The position numbers and the translations under genes were made by a program. Source: Clostridia bacterium (GTDB taxonomy: Bacteria > Bacillota > Clostridia > Christensenellales > UBA1242). From it: 51,551 nucleotides of DNA. How positions within the stretch are numbered: the first letter of the stretch is position 1; each line of letters starts with the position of its first letter. Shown here one piece after another: positions 1-9,568 of the stretch. The stretch spans positions 1 through 51,551 of the forward strand of contig JBNMHN010000002.1 of NCBI GenBank assembly GCA_050872805.1, written 5' to 3'. The notes beneath the pieces were generated by a model, which was not told where the DNA came from, did not search any database, and was given only the letters and a program-made list of their open reading frames with translations.

Positions 1-141
1 ATCACGTCAAGAATATTTTTGCTCGCCTCTGCTGGTGAAGTTATGCTAAGTATGTCCATTGAAGCGTCATATGCGACTGTACACCTCATAGTCTTTTTCA
101 CGAGTTGATATGTCTTTCCGCCGCCACCTGAGCCACTTCCG
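1..141. repeat. 141-bp terminal direct repeat identical to 51411..51551 (circular contig overlap; unit genome 51,410 bp)
   Basis: Bases 1-141 and 51411-51551 read identically base for base. Confidence 0.95.
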
Positions 142-353
142 TCCAAAGCCGCATATCCTGTGCCGTTGTAGTAGTAAATGACACCTTGTGTGAACGTGTC
201 TGTCGTTGCGCCTGTATGTCGATAATAGGTATTCGCAACGGGTGTGAAATCTGTAGCAGACAAGTCTTGATTGATAACTGGGATATTCGGCAAGTCGTTG
301 TAATCTTCAATAGGTTGCGGGGGAATGTACCCCCCTACTCTCACATAATTCAT
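1..353 (-). CDS. 5' part of a 177-aa fibre/receptor-binding cassette gene that wraps the contig junction (ATG at 353, continues 51410 down to stop at 51230)
   Basis: Manual minus-strand translation from ATG 353 (GGAG 10 nt upstream): MNYVRVGGYIPPQPIEDYNDLPNIPVINQDLSATDFTPVANTYYRHTGATTDTFTQGVIYYYNGTGYAALDGSGSGGGGKTYQLVKKTMRC, in frame with track ORF 51230..51511. Confidence 0.7.
   Translation of the reverse strand, partial: MNYVRVGGYIPPQPIEDYNDLPNIPVINQDLSATDFTPVANTYYRHTGATTDTFTQGVIYYYNGTGYAALDGSGSGGGGKTYQLVKKTMRCTVAYDASMDILSITSPAEASKNILDV
117..302. repeat. Fibre adaptor module, direct repeat of 1988..2173 (56 nt perfectly identical at 124-179 = 1995-2050)
   Basis: Nucleotide comparison by eye. 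Both copies encode YND.NIPVINQDL.A..FTPVANTYYRHTGATT...GVIYYYNGTGYAALDGSGSGGGG on the minus strand. Confidence 0.85.
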
Positions 354-359
354 ACTTTC

Positions 360-1169
360 TTACTCCTGTTTAGAATATTCTACAAATAGTGTCAAGGCTC
401 TATATGGTTTATCAACGACATAAATAGAAAGCTCTTTCCCTCTTACTTCGCCGACAGTCAAACCGCACCTAGCGCATAGGTCAATATCTTCTTCTTTCGC
501 GCTATCGCATAATAATGAAATTTCCGAATCCTCTGCTGGTGTAGAACTTAACTGTATTCTTAGTTTGTCATCATAAGGACTACCATCTGTTTCCCTTGTG
601 TTTTTCCACAACCATTCGCCAGTAATATAATTTCCCCAAATATCTTGGTGTTCAATATTTGTTATAGTACCGTGTATTGGCAATTGACCGTAATTAGCAT
701 ACATATCTATGGTAGAAACCCAATAATTATACCACCTTTTTGTGTAATTAAGTACATCGGGGAGTGCGGCTTGTACATAAGAATCTGCCCATATCGGCAA
801 TATCCCCATTGCAATGCAAGTGCCGCCATTGGTAAGCGTAGTATTTATTTCTGGGTATACTGCTCCATTTTCAAATACTACAAAACAGACATCATCTACT
901 TGTTGTTGACCGTCCATCATATACGATATTGTAAAAAGTCTAATTGCTTTTGTTTTTTCTACACCATTCCAGGTTCCAGCATTAGTCCAATCAAAATACT
1001 TTTTATTAGGCGTTACTCTCACATCAACATATAAATAACCAGCATAACCATTTTCAAGAGGTTTTCTTGGTTTATGCATAATACCAGACCATCCCGAAGT
1101 GTATGGTGATAATGTTACCTTTTCTATTGTTTTGTCTGGCGCATATATTCCGCCTTTAATTACCGCCAT
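360..1169 (-). CDS. hypothetical protein, fibre-associated by position (269 aa)
   Basis: Long ORF packed tightly between two fibre genes on the same strand; no motif recognised. Confidence 0.55.
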   Translation of the reverse strand: MAVIKGGIYAPDKTIEKVTLSPYTSGWSGIMHKPRKPLENGYAGYLYVDVRVTPNKKYFDWTNAGTWNGVEKTKAIRLFTISYMMDGQQQVDDVCFVVFENGAVYPEINTTLTNGGTCIAMGILPIWADSYVQAALPDVLNYTKRWYNYWVSTIDMYANYGQLPIHGTITNIEHQDIWGNYITGEWLWKNTRETDGSPYDDKLRIQLSSTPAEDSEISLLCDSAKEEDIDLCARCGLTVGEVRGKELSIYVVDKPYRALTLFVEYSKQE

Positions 1170-1183
1170 ATTTTGCCTCCTTG

Positions 1184-2731
1184 TTATGCGTTTGTGGTAG
1201 TTTCACTAATCTCTACTACCAAATTAACTGCTTGTGTTGGTTTAGTGACAGAATAGAAAATTATGCCGTTGCCAGAATCGGTCGGCACTTCGCCAATCGC
1301 CACGCCCGCACTCGCGCACTCTCTCATACTCGCACTATCGCTGTACCCAAGTGACACCGCAGAGTTTGCTCCCATTACTGCGCTCAAAGTCTTGCTCGCA
1401 CGGTATGTAAACGGAGGAATCGTGGACGAGCCAACTGGCACTTGTTCCCATTTCCCGTCTTTGGATATATACTCGTCCCAGTAAAAGAATCCGCGACCAG
1501 CAGCATTAGAAAAATAATTTTCAGTGTTTTTTACAAATAAAGTATCCATATCGATAAACCTTGCAGTCTGCCAACCAGATGCTGCAAAACCAAGCGCGGT
1601 GGAAAGTTCATCCGTTGCATAAAAATATGTGTCAACTTCTTCATCGGGTGACCGTTTGTAATATTCAATTCCCCATTGTCTACTTGTAAAAGCAGTCCCA
1701 TTCATTGTCCTCCCCGCACGAAAACTTCTAACAGCAATATGAAGTTCTGGATTATACGGATTGCTCCTTGAGCCTGCGTTGGATATTATGCTAAGCCCAA
1801 AATCTTCGTTCTCACTAAGCACTGCATTAATTGCTGAAAAATCAGGCGTTTTTGTCGTATCAAAACACAACACACCAACGGAATCTCCGTTCTCAATAGG
1901 ATTCACAGGCACCTGTTTGTAAGTTGTGCAATCCAGCACCCAATCGTCTGCAGCAACCGTCACTTGTTCAGTCACCGCAGTGCTTCCTCCGCCACCACCT
2001 GAGCCACTTCCGTCCAAAGCCGCATATCCTGTGCCGTTGTAGTAGTAAATCACTCCGTTGGTGTACGAAGCCGTGGTCGCGCCAGTGTGTCTATAATAAG
2101 TATTTGCAACTGGTGTAAAGCCGCTCGCCGTTAAGTCTTGATTTATAACTGGGATGTTTGACACGTCATTATATGAACCAGAAGTCGCGACTGTCGCCAA
2201 ATCTGCACTATTTGCTTTCTGATTTATTATCTCCTCATAACCGTCATATTTTGTGCGCTTTGCTTCTGTTATACCCGAATTGACAGCCGCAAGTTGTGTT
2301 TCCGTGAGAGCATTTTGTTTTGCATTTACTTCATCTTTTGTAGCAAGCCCAGTTACATCACCAGTCTTTCCATTGACTGATGTTACTGGCGCGCTTTGCA
2401 ATGCTGAATCCGCTTTCCCCAAAGAGGTTTTTACATCTTCTGACAATTTAACAGTTATATCTTTGCCAGAACTGTAATCATATGCGAAATCGTCTGCGCT
2501 AAAATCAAGACTCGCAGCTTCACTGCCGTCATACGTAATAGGAACGACTGTGCCTGCCGTTTTGTTGTGCGCTTTGTATGTAAACGCATTCTTGACCTTT
2601 TTTGCAGTGTCGGCTGAAGTTGCATTATCGACTTTTATGCCTTTGATATGCTCATCAGTCGGAACTTTGTTGTCCACGTACTGCTTCGTAACCGCGTCGA
2701 AATTGTCTATTACTGTACCGAAATTTTTCAT
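1184..2731 (-). CDS. tail fibre protein (515 aa) with shared adaptor module and divergent C-terminal domain
   Basis: ORF track. N-terminal YDGS..LDF..DDF motif resembles the 3830..5266 product. Internal Gly/Ser linker follows the module shared with the wrap-around gene. Confidence 0.7.
   Translation of the reverse strand: MKNFGTVIDNFDAVTKQYVDNKVPTDEHIKGIKVDNATSADTAKKVKNAFTYKAHNKTAGTVVPITYDGSEAASLDFSADDFAYDYSSGKDITVKLSEDVKTSLGKADSALQSAPVTSVNGKTGDVTGLATKDEVNAKQNALTETQLAAVNSGITEAKRTKYDGYEEIINQKANSADLATVATSGSYNDVSNIPVINQDLTASGFTPVANTYYRHTGATTASYTNGVIYYYNGTGYAALDGSGSGGGGGSTAVTEQVTVAADDWVLDCTTYKQVPVNPIENGDSVGVLCFDTTKTPDFSAINAVLSENEDFGLSIISNAGSRSNPYNPELHIAVRSFRAGRTMNGTAFTSRQWGIEYYKRSPDEEVDTYFYATDELSTALGFAASGWQTARFIDMDTLFVKNTENYFSNAAGRGFFYWDEYISKDGKWEQVPVGSSTIPPFTYRASKTLSAVMGANSAVSLGYSDSASMRECASAGVAIGEVPTDSGNGIIFYSVTKPTQAVNLVVEISETTTNA
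1988..2173. repeat. Second copy of fibre adaptor module (see 117..302)
   Basis: Same orientation, offset 1871 bp, 56-nt perfect core, diverging outward. Confidence 0.85.
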
Positions 2732-2743
2732 ATTACACCTATA

Positions 2744-3808
2744 TTAAATTGCAAAGATTGGTGCGAGATTATTATCAAATATTGGTCTAGATAATACTAT
2801 ATATCCATCCATCGAAGTGCTCAACCACGAGTGGTTGTCTGGACTATTTTTTACTGGTGAACGTTGCCACCACGAGCCAGTATTACTTGAATCAACTATA
2901 TATTTTATTCTTAATCTTCTGCTATTAGCAAAATCAGAATAATAATCGAAATGACCAAGAGGTGATTCTGTTACTCCAATTGAATGGTATGGTGAAAGAT
3001 ATCCTAACTCAATTTCAGCTGGCAAAAATAATATGTTATTGCTTGAAGATGCGACTGTCGTGGTTTTTCCACCTATTCCACTTAAAACTTTAACTTGTGA
3101 CATAGCTGCAACCATATCATCGGGCAAATCTGCAAGAATTGTTGGCATTATTTCCTTTCTCATTTTGGAATTTTCCCAACCACCGTCATTAGTGTCTGTT
3201 GAATTCATTGACCACCCTGTTCTACCATTAAGATTATAACATTCAACGAATTCAAACACAGCTTTAGAACTACCGCTACCGTCTGAATATTCATATCGAC
3301 CATCTTGCATATCTACTAATCTTATTGTATAGGTTTTACCCGATTTAGAAGTTATCGATTTTGTATCGCCAACACTCCAATAATCAGCTGCTTTCCCTGC
3401 CAAAACTACTTTACGAATAGTATCCCAAGAATTGTCGTTGAGCACTTTAGATGGAGCGTGTTCAACTCCAGTTATAACTACCTTAAACTTCATATCCGAA
3501 GACGGCGCGGAAGCGAACACGAGCTTGACTTTATTGAGTTTTGTATAGACATCAACCATTACTAGTTCGTCCATTATCTCACCGAAAATCGATTGCACCA
3601 TAAGATAAACCGACACGTTCACATCTGCGCCAAACGGGTGTTCGATATCATAACTCGCGTGTTCTCCGTCACCTGTCACGTAATAAGCATAGGTTTTTGA
3701 ATATGCAGATATATCTGGTGCGCCATAAATAACGGAATATGGTATTTTAATGTCATCAGTGCTGTTTGTGCCAGTCCTAACCTTTGGTTTTACTATTCTT
3801 GTCGCCAT
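2744..3808 (-). CDS. fibre / receptor-binding protein candidate (354 aa)
   Basis: ORF within the fibre gene block; beta-rich C-terminal half with a WWQRSP-type motif; no catalytic motif seen. Confidence 0.55.
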   Translation of the reverse strand: MATRIVKPKVRTGTNSTDDIKIPYSVIYGAPDISAYSKTYAYYVTGDGEHASYDIEHPFGADVNVSVYLMVQSIFGEIMDELVMVDVYTKLNKVKLVFASAPSSDMKFKVVITGVEHAPSKVLNDNSWDTIRKVVLAGKAADYWSVGDTKSITSKSGKTYTIRLVDMQDGRYEYSDGSGSSKAVFEFVECYNLNGRTGWSMNSTDTNDGGWENSKMRKEIMPTILADLPDDMVAAMSQVKVLSGIGGKTTTVASSSNNILFLPAEIELGYLSPYHSIGVTESPLGHFDYYSDFANSRRLRIKYIVDSSNTGSWWQRSPVKNSPDNHSWLSTSMDGYIVLSRPIFDNNLAPIFAI

Positions 3809-3829
3809 ACCACCTCTCCTTTTTTGGCG

Positions 3830-5266
3830 TCATTCTGTGGCTTCAAATATCAAACCGCCAATCATAACGTCACTCGGTATTGCCGCGCCAGCCTCTATAA
3901 ACGCAAACGCCCTATTTCCAGCTTGAACAACCCCTTTCTGGTTTACCATAACAGCAGTGTAAGTACCAGCAATCGTTTGCGAGAGGTCTGGTTTCGTATA
4001 AACAGTTGAGAGTTCTACATCATAAGAATTGCTTGTCTTAACTGCAGTGAAATCCGTCGGGTCAAAAGAAAGCTCTTTATTCTCAGAACCATTAAACGAA
4101 TCTGTTTCTTCAGCTCCTATACTGTTTTGCCCAACAATCTTGAGAGTTCCTTTTGTTTTGTCGGCTGAATAAGAACGTTCTGCAACGTGCACAACGTCTG
4201 TTTCGAGCACGATGTTTTGTGGTTCGGTTTTCCCATATCCTAGATATTGTGGGTGTGCGCTTTTGCCAACAAGTTTGACATCTCTTGAAGCCGTGCCAAT
4301 TTCGTACTTTGCGTTCTCAGCATCTTCTTTGAATATTTGTTCGCCACCAAGAGTGTGAATTTCGTCAAGTCCAATACCGCTTGCGTTTGAGAATTTTATA
4401 AACTCGTCGATTTGGTCTCCAGTATTTACAGGAACGAGCGTTTTGTTTGTGCCGTCATACTTAACAAGCGAGCCATCAACAAGTCCGTCCCGTGTCGCAA
4501 GTGGTTGCAAGTCGCTTCTAGCAACATCTATGTTCCCAGCCGCGTCAAATACAACATCGCCAACCGAAGCAATACCATCTCCGTCGAACACCAATGCGCC
4601 AGAGTTTGTTCCGTCATATTTAGGTGCAACAAGACCAGCGGGCGTCGCGAGTTTTTCCGTGTTGCCGTGCGCCACCTCAATGAGTTTATCTTTAACTTGG
4701 AGTGTAGTGCTATCAACCGTTGTGGTCGTGCCACTTACAGTCAAGTTGCCACCAATTGTGAGGTCGCCAGTAACAGCACCGCCCGCCTTGTCGAGTTTCT
4801 TGTTATCTTGTGCATCAACATATGTTTTCGTAGCATAGCCTTTGTCGACCAGCGAGATTTTCATTCCCTTTTCAATGCTTTCGGCGGTGAAGTCGTTTAC
4901 GTCAAAATCAACTTGCGGGTCTAAGCTTCCGTCGAATGAAACGGTTCTTGTTCCAGTGACACCATTGTGGGCTATAATTTCAAGAGCATTTGTTACCTTG
5001 CCAGCTTCTTTGACGACAGCATTTTTAAGTTGAGCAATCTTTTTATTGTCGACAATAGACGTTCCGTCAGCATTTACAACGTCATCGACCTTTCCCGCGA
5101 CCGAAAGTATTTCATCAAACGCCCCTTGAACATTTGTAGCTGTTAATCCATCAACTTTTTCAAGCGTAACTTGGTCAGCTGTGGTTTCTGGCAACACCTG
5201 CTTTGTGTTTTGGTCGTCTATTACTACAAGAATTTTTCTTTTATCTTTGCCTGATATTGTAGCCAT
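3830..5266 (-). CDS. tail fibre protein (478 aa)
   Basis: YVDAQDNKKLDKAGGAVTGDLTIGGNLTV shaft-type motif; repeated FDGS..DF..DFTA modules; position downstream of baseplate genes. Confidence 0.65.
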   Translation of the reverse strand: MATISGKDKRKILVVIDDQNTKQVLPETTADQVTLEKVDGLTATNVQGAFDEILSVAGKVDDVVNADGTSIVDNKKIAQLKNAVVKEAGKVTNALEIIAHNGVTGTRTVSFDGSLDPQVDFDVNDFTAESIEKGMKISLVDKGYATKTYVDAQDNKKLDKAGGAVTGDLTIGGNLTVSGTTTTVDSTTLQVKDKLIEVAHGNTEKLATPAGLVAPKYDGTNSGALVFDGDGIASVGDVVFDAAGNIDVARSDLQPLATRDGLVDGSLVKYDGTNKTLVPVNTGDQIDEFIKFSNASGIGLDEIHTLGGEQIFKEDAENAKYEIGTASRDVKLVGKSAHPQYLGYGKTEPQNIVLETDVVHVAERSYSADKTKGTLKIVGQNSIGAEETDSFNGSENKELSFDPTDFTAVKTSNSYDVELSTVYTKPDLSQTIAGTYTAVMVNQKGVVQAGNRAFAFIEAGAAIPSDVMIGGLIFEATE

Positions 5267-5281
5267 TATATTCCCCTTTGC

Positions 5282-5623
5282 TTATTGTTTTATATAAATG
5301 AAATCGCCTGCAACGAGTTTGTCAAAATTTACTTCGGACAATTCGTCGGCGCAAACAATTTTTGTGTTCATTTTTTTGAGCGTGTCAAGACCTAGCCTGT
5401 AACTGTTTTTGCCGTCGTCAACATACAACAATCCGTTCTTTGTAAAGCCGTCGCTCTCCCTTAAATCGCCAAGCCGAAGCGGAACAAACTGCACAGTCGG
5501 TATTAGACGCCCTGAAACGCCAGCTTTTACGCTGTTGGCTTGTGCCTCGACTGACGCTTCAACCGAGGACACACTAGCCGTTATTTTGGCTCTCACGCCG
5601 TCGATGTCAGTTGTCAGTGGCAT
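5282..5623 (-). CDS. small baseplate/fibre-associated hypothetical protein (113 aa)
   Basis: Track ORF 5282..5689 trimmed to ATG 5623 (MPLTTDIDG), which has a GGAGGT RBS. Confidence 0.5.
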   Translation of the reverse strand: MPLTTDIDGVRAKITASVSSVEASVEAQANSVKAGVSGRLIPTVQFVPLRLGDLRESDGFTKNGLLYVDDGKNSYRLGLDTLKKMNTKIVCADELSEVNFDKLVAGDFIYIKQ

Positions 5624-6003
5624 TGTTCGACCTCCGCGTCTGCGTTGTCCCATATTGTCGTCACGTAAGTCCCGTAGTATGTCGTGCAATAATTATACTT
5701 GCCAACCGCGAACTTCGCACTAACTTCGTCCGTGAAATTCATTACGACTTCAACATACTTCTTGCCGCCAACCTCGTACATCGTCAAGTTCTTGAACTCA
5801 AACTCGTGAACTAGGTTATTTCTGCGGTCGTAAAATCTGACAACTATATAATCATCTTCGCCAAGCACGATTGGTTCGCCTGTTTCGCCGTCAATAAGCT
5901 CAATTTCAAGAGAGTATGGGAACGTATTGCCAACGAACCATTTGAGAGTTCTACCGTCAAATCTCGGGCTTGCTTCTGAATTTATTTGTACTGAATCAGC
6001 CAT
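5614..6003 (-). CDS. small baseplate/fibre-associated hypothetical protein (129 aa)
   Basis: Track ORF 5614..6021 trimmed to ATG 6003 (MADSVQ) with a GAGGAAG RBS; overlaps neighbours by a few nt. Confidence 0.5.
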   Translation of the reverse strand: MADSVQINSEASPRFDGRTLKWFVGNTFPYSLEIELIDGETGEPIVLGEDDYIVVRFYDRRNNLVHEFEFKNLTMYEVGGKKYVEVVMNFTDEVSAKFAVGKYNYCTTYYGTYVTTIWDNADAEVEQCH

Positions 6004-6271
6004 CTTGTTCTTCCTCGCCACCTTGTTCTTGGTCTTTTACCTTGAACCGACCGCTATATTTTGTTTCTCCATCGGCTCGAATCTCAAATTTGTATTCGCC
6101 AACCACCATTTGCTCGGTCTCATATGCACTAAACACGATAAGATTGTCATATTCGCTGAACGAACGCGTGATTCCAAGTTCTTTGCACACAAATACAACC
6201 ATACCGCAATCAACGTTTGTCGACCACGCAATTCTTGTTTCTTTTCCTCTTGTCAATTCAAAATCATACAT
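5996..6271 (-). CDS. small hypothetical structural protein (91 aa)
   Basis: ORF track; same strand and tight coupling with flanking tail genes. Confidence 0.5.
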   Translation of the reverse strand: MYDFELTRGKETRIAWSTNVDCGMVVFVCKELGITRSFSEYDNLIVFSAYETEQMVVGEYKFEIRADGETKYSGRFKVKDQEQGGEEEQDG

Positions 6272-6322
6272 ATCTATACCTCTTACATAGAATATACCAA
6301 GATGATAGAATTGTCAATAGGT

Positions 6323-8776
6323 TTAATAAAATTGCTCTATTTCATCAATAGTAATGCTTTCAACATAACTTTTACGCGCAACACCTGCAATCTTGTTGTA
6401 TTTTTCATCAGCCGTATAAGTGATAGTGCCAGTTGACCAGTTCGCACCAATATAGCAATTACAAGTGTGTATGCCGAGCCCATTATATTTAGACGCTTCA
6501 ACGCTATTAAAACCAGCCCTACTTACTGTTTTTGTATTACCGTTTATATTAAAATTCACGGTTACAGCAAAACCAGTAGTGTGCGCAGAATAATCCTCTT
6601 TGGGCAGTGTTATAGTCCCTGTTTTTGTGCCATTTGCCGTAAAATCGCCAGTACTAATTGTGCCAGAACTAATATGACCAGTAATATAGTGCCAATCTTT
6701 TGTTTTTTGTTCTTGCAATTCTAAACTCAAAGTTGGCGAACCATTATATTTGAATGTGCGCCCAGTTACTCTCCAATATCCGTTTTCGCCATCTATCGTT
6801 AAAACGTCATTCGGTTGTATTATCTCGCCATTTTCCCAGTCGTTTAACCCACAAAACAAATCTATTGACGCGGTCGATACACCGTTTTTATAATCATCAA
6901 GAATATTATATCTAATTGATGTGGCAGTTTCTTCCTCTTGTATCAATTCGTTTGTTTGGACTTGTGTCGGAGTGTTTGCAGAATCAATATTATCACTACT
7001 GCAATCGGTTTCCGTGAATGTCAGTTTTGTTCCTCCAGCATATAATTCAATTGTAAAAGAAGAAGCAAGATAAGTGTGGCAAATCTCGTCGTGGACTTCA
7101 TAATTTGTTGTTGGCTTATATTGGTATTTTTGTCCTGTATATGCTTTTGTTATTGTGCACTCTATTGAGTTGTCGGCAGTAAGCCAGTACCCAAACTCTG
7201 GCGAACTTCCCATATTTATCCATTGTGAAAAATTGGTAACTTTTTCTGCTTCTGGTGCGAGAGGCATTGGAATTTCCCAAGTTTCATCAGCCTCACTAAT
7301 TGTTTCATACGTATATTTCCCAGTATCATAGTCAAAACCAGTTGCTTTTTGTATTGTATGTCGCCCATAGCAAATGCAATGCACATTATCAATCTTGTTT
7401 ATATCTATTGTATTTTGTTCAAGTTTTTTTGGTGCTGTTAGTGTAATATTTTTTACATAATATAGTTCATTGAAAGAATTAGGCACAGTATTGATGCCGT
7501 CTGTTTGGTCTTCAGTGTATCTTGTATAGTCTGTTGCAGAAAACTTTTTGCTCGCAGCAAAAACGCCAGATACATCTTCTTTTGTCACAGCACTATAAGA
7601 TATAGAAACCCCGTCTATTTTATTCTTCAAGAAAATAGTTTTATTTAGGTTACTTATTTTGTATTTGTTTGGCACTGCAAAAACAACGTCGTCATTGCGC
7701 CTTATTGGTTTTGCACAAAAGAACTCCAACTTCCCATTCTCATTAAGTGCGCAAGTAAGCTGCCCTACTGTACAAAACTTTTCAATCGTTTCACGGAACG
7801 ACGCTTTTGGCAAATATGGGTATTTAATTACTATTTCGGACAAATGTTCGGCTATGGTGTCTGAATAATCATTAAAGTCATTGTAGAGAATAGTTGGCTT
7901 TATTTCATAATATTTAGATGTTGCATCATTAAGAGACCAGTCGTCTATCCTTAAAGAGTTTATGCTAACAGAAATGCTTTGGTTGGTATTTGCATATCCA
8001 AAAAACAGCACAAAATATACAATATTTGTTTTAGGTGTAAAATCAAGCGTTCCAATGTTGGTAGATGTACTTGTCGAGAGATATGCCTGAGTAACATAAC
8101 CGTAATTACCAACTGGCGGTTTCCTGCCCCAAATCTGCACCGCTATACCGCGCCCGCTAACAGATACAGTATAATCGTTATTTGTTGAAATAGAATAATT
8201 TATACTATATTTTTTGTTTTTCTCAACTTTTACGGGAACACCAACAACCAATGGAGCTCCAAGCAAAGAAGATATTTGCACTGTAATTGAGTTTGAAGCG
8301 CCTCTTTTTATAAACTTGTCCGACCCGCTATAAATCTCCCAGTTTATTACCTTATTCTTAATATAACCAGTATATGAACCAATTACGTCATCAAGCATTT
8401 CATACGCAGTCATCGAATAATCTCTCAAAGGCATACCAGCATAATTTACAGTATCGAGCAAAGAAAGCCTATCGCTAAACTGCAAGTTAAGCTCTCGGTC
8501 AATAATGTCATAATCGCCATCGCTTGTTATATGCTCTTGTACCTGTTTTCCGTTGATTATTACCGAAGTCGGCGCATTAGAAACAGGCAGCACACCGCTT
8601 TCGATGTCTGCCCTAATTCCTCCGTCAACGTCACGAAGTTTCGCGCTTCCAGTGCTTGGAATAACGCCATAATTTATGCCAGCTGGGTCAGTAGAAATCT
8701 GCGAAGTGCTTGAAATGTCGTCAACACACTTCCTGTTGTATGTCTTGTCTCCAATTTTAAGTTCAATATTTGCCAT
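6323..8776 (-). CDS. tail-associated (Tal-like) baseplate hub protein (817 aa)
   Basis: Large ORF directly after the Dit-like and tape measure genes; start set at ATG 8776 (MANIELK), overlapping the upstream stop as TAATG. Confidence 0.6.
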   Translation of the reverse strand: MANIELKIGDKTYNRKCVDDISSTSQISTDPAGINYGVIPSTGSAKLRDVDGGIRADIESGVLPVSNAPTSVIINGKQVQEHITSDGDYDIIDRELNLQFSDRLSLLDTVNYAGMPLRDYSMTAYEMLDDVIGSYTGYIKNKVINWEIYSGSDKFIKRGASNSITVQISSLLGAPLVVGVPVKVEKNKKYSINYSISTNNDYTVSVSGRGIAVQIWGRKPPVGNYGYVTQAYLSTSTSTNIGTLDFTPKTNIVYFVLFFGYANTNQSISVSINSLRIDDWSLNDATSKYYEIKPTILYNDFNDYSDTIAEHLSEIVIKYPYLPKASFRETIEKFCTVGQLTCALNENGKLEFFCAKPIRRNDDVVFAVPNKYKISNLNKTIFLKNKIDGVSISYSAVTKEDVSGVFAASKKFSATDYTRYTEDQTDGINTVPNSFNELYYVKNITLTAPKKLEQNTIDINKIDNVHCICYGRHTIQKATGFDYDTGKYTYETISEADETWEIPMPLAPEAEKVTNFSQWINMGSSPEFGYWLTADNSIECTITKAYTGQKYQYKPTTNYEVHDEICHTYLASSFTIELYAGGTKLTFTETDCSSDNIDSANTPTQVQTNELIQEEETATSIRYNILDDYKNGVSTASIDLFCGLNDWENGEIIQPNDVLTIDGENGYWRVTGRTFKYNGSPTLSLELQEQKTKDWHYITGHISSGTISTGDFTANGTKTGTITLPKEDYSAHTTGFAVTVNFNINGNTKTVSRAGFNSVEASKYNGLGIHTCNCYIGANWSTGTITYTADEKYNKIAGVARKSYVESITIDEIEQFY

Positions 8777-9567
8777 TACATCCACCTCGGGTAGAACGTC
8801 ATATCGCCCCAAACCGTAACTGCCTGTTTTGCGCCATAATATGAACTTGTGTTTGGAAACAAATACCAGCCATAAAATGAGTGCCCAGCTTTATTAGTAA
8901 AACCGTTGTCGGTAGGCATAGAACAAGCACCGCCCCATTCAATTTCTTGCGGGTTATTATATATTGTATTGCCGTTTTCGTCTTTCTTTTCAGTTCCGTC
9001 TGGATTTAGCTGCGCAAGGTCTTTGATTGTTCCAGTTGCATCCTTACCAAGCTTCCATTCTACCTTGAATTTCTTGCCAATCTTATTTTCTACCATATCT
9101 CGGTTAGTCGCAACAAGTGCAATAGAAATGTCGCGTGCGCCGAAATACGACGAGCCAAACGCGTAGAGTTGTTTCAACGACTGACTGGTAAACGCAAATT
9201 CTTGGTCTTTTACCCAAGTCGCTGTCTCGCGGTTGAAGTATGTGACATAGCAAACACGCTCTTTAGACATTTTGCACAACACTTTGTAGTCGGCAATGTT
9301 CATATAGGCGTATGAGATTTCGACACGAGCCACAAGACCATAGTCTACGTCAAGAATGTTGGTCAACACGAAGTCCGTGCTTCGAGTGAGGTCAGCACCC
9401 CAAACAGGTTCGTCCCACCCCAAGTCGCTGTCTGGCGTAGCACACCTAAACGGGTAACGTCTGTACCCTGCTGCTGTTATATATATTACGTCCGCCCCGT
9501 CATCAGTGCTGATAGGGTTTATTTTTCTTACGTTTATTGCATTTTTGGTGTCAACTATAGCTCCCAT
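8776..9567 (-). CDS. distal tail protein (Dit-like) candidate
   Basis: 263-aa ORF immediately downstream of the tape measure gene, the canonical siphovirus position. Confidence 0.55.
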   Translation of the reverse strand: MGAIVDTKNAINVRKINPISTDDGADVIYITAAGYRRYPFRCATPDSDLGWDEPVWGADLTRSTDFVLTNILDVDYGLVARVEISYAYMNIADYKVLCKMSKERVCYVTYFNRETATWVKDQEFAFTSQSLKQLYAFGSSYFGARDISIALVATNRDMVENKIGKKFKVEWKLGKDATGTIKDLAQLNPDGTEKKDENGNTIYNNPQEIEWGGACSMPTDNGFTNKAGHSFYGWYLFPNTSSYYGAKQAVTVWGDMTFYPRWM

Positions 9568-9568
9568 A

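Noticed and set aside
117-2173. Diversity-generating retroelement (template/variable repeat pair) in the fibre genes
   Set aside because: Mismatches between the two copies are not confined to adenine positions. The divergent parts are unalignable, not point-mutated, and no reverse transcriptase gene exists in the genome.
6291-6317. Promoter TTGACA / TGGTATATT between Tal and the downstream small gene
   Set aside because: The spacer is only 15 nt, outside the usual 16-18 nt window, so I left it unannotated. The extended -10 could still give weak activity.
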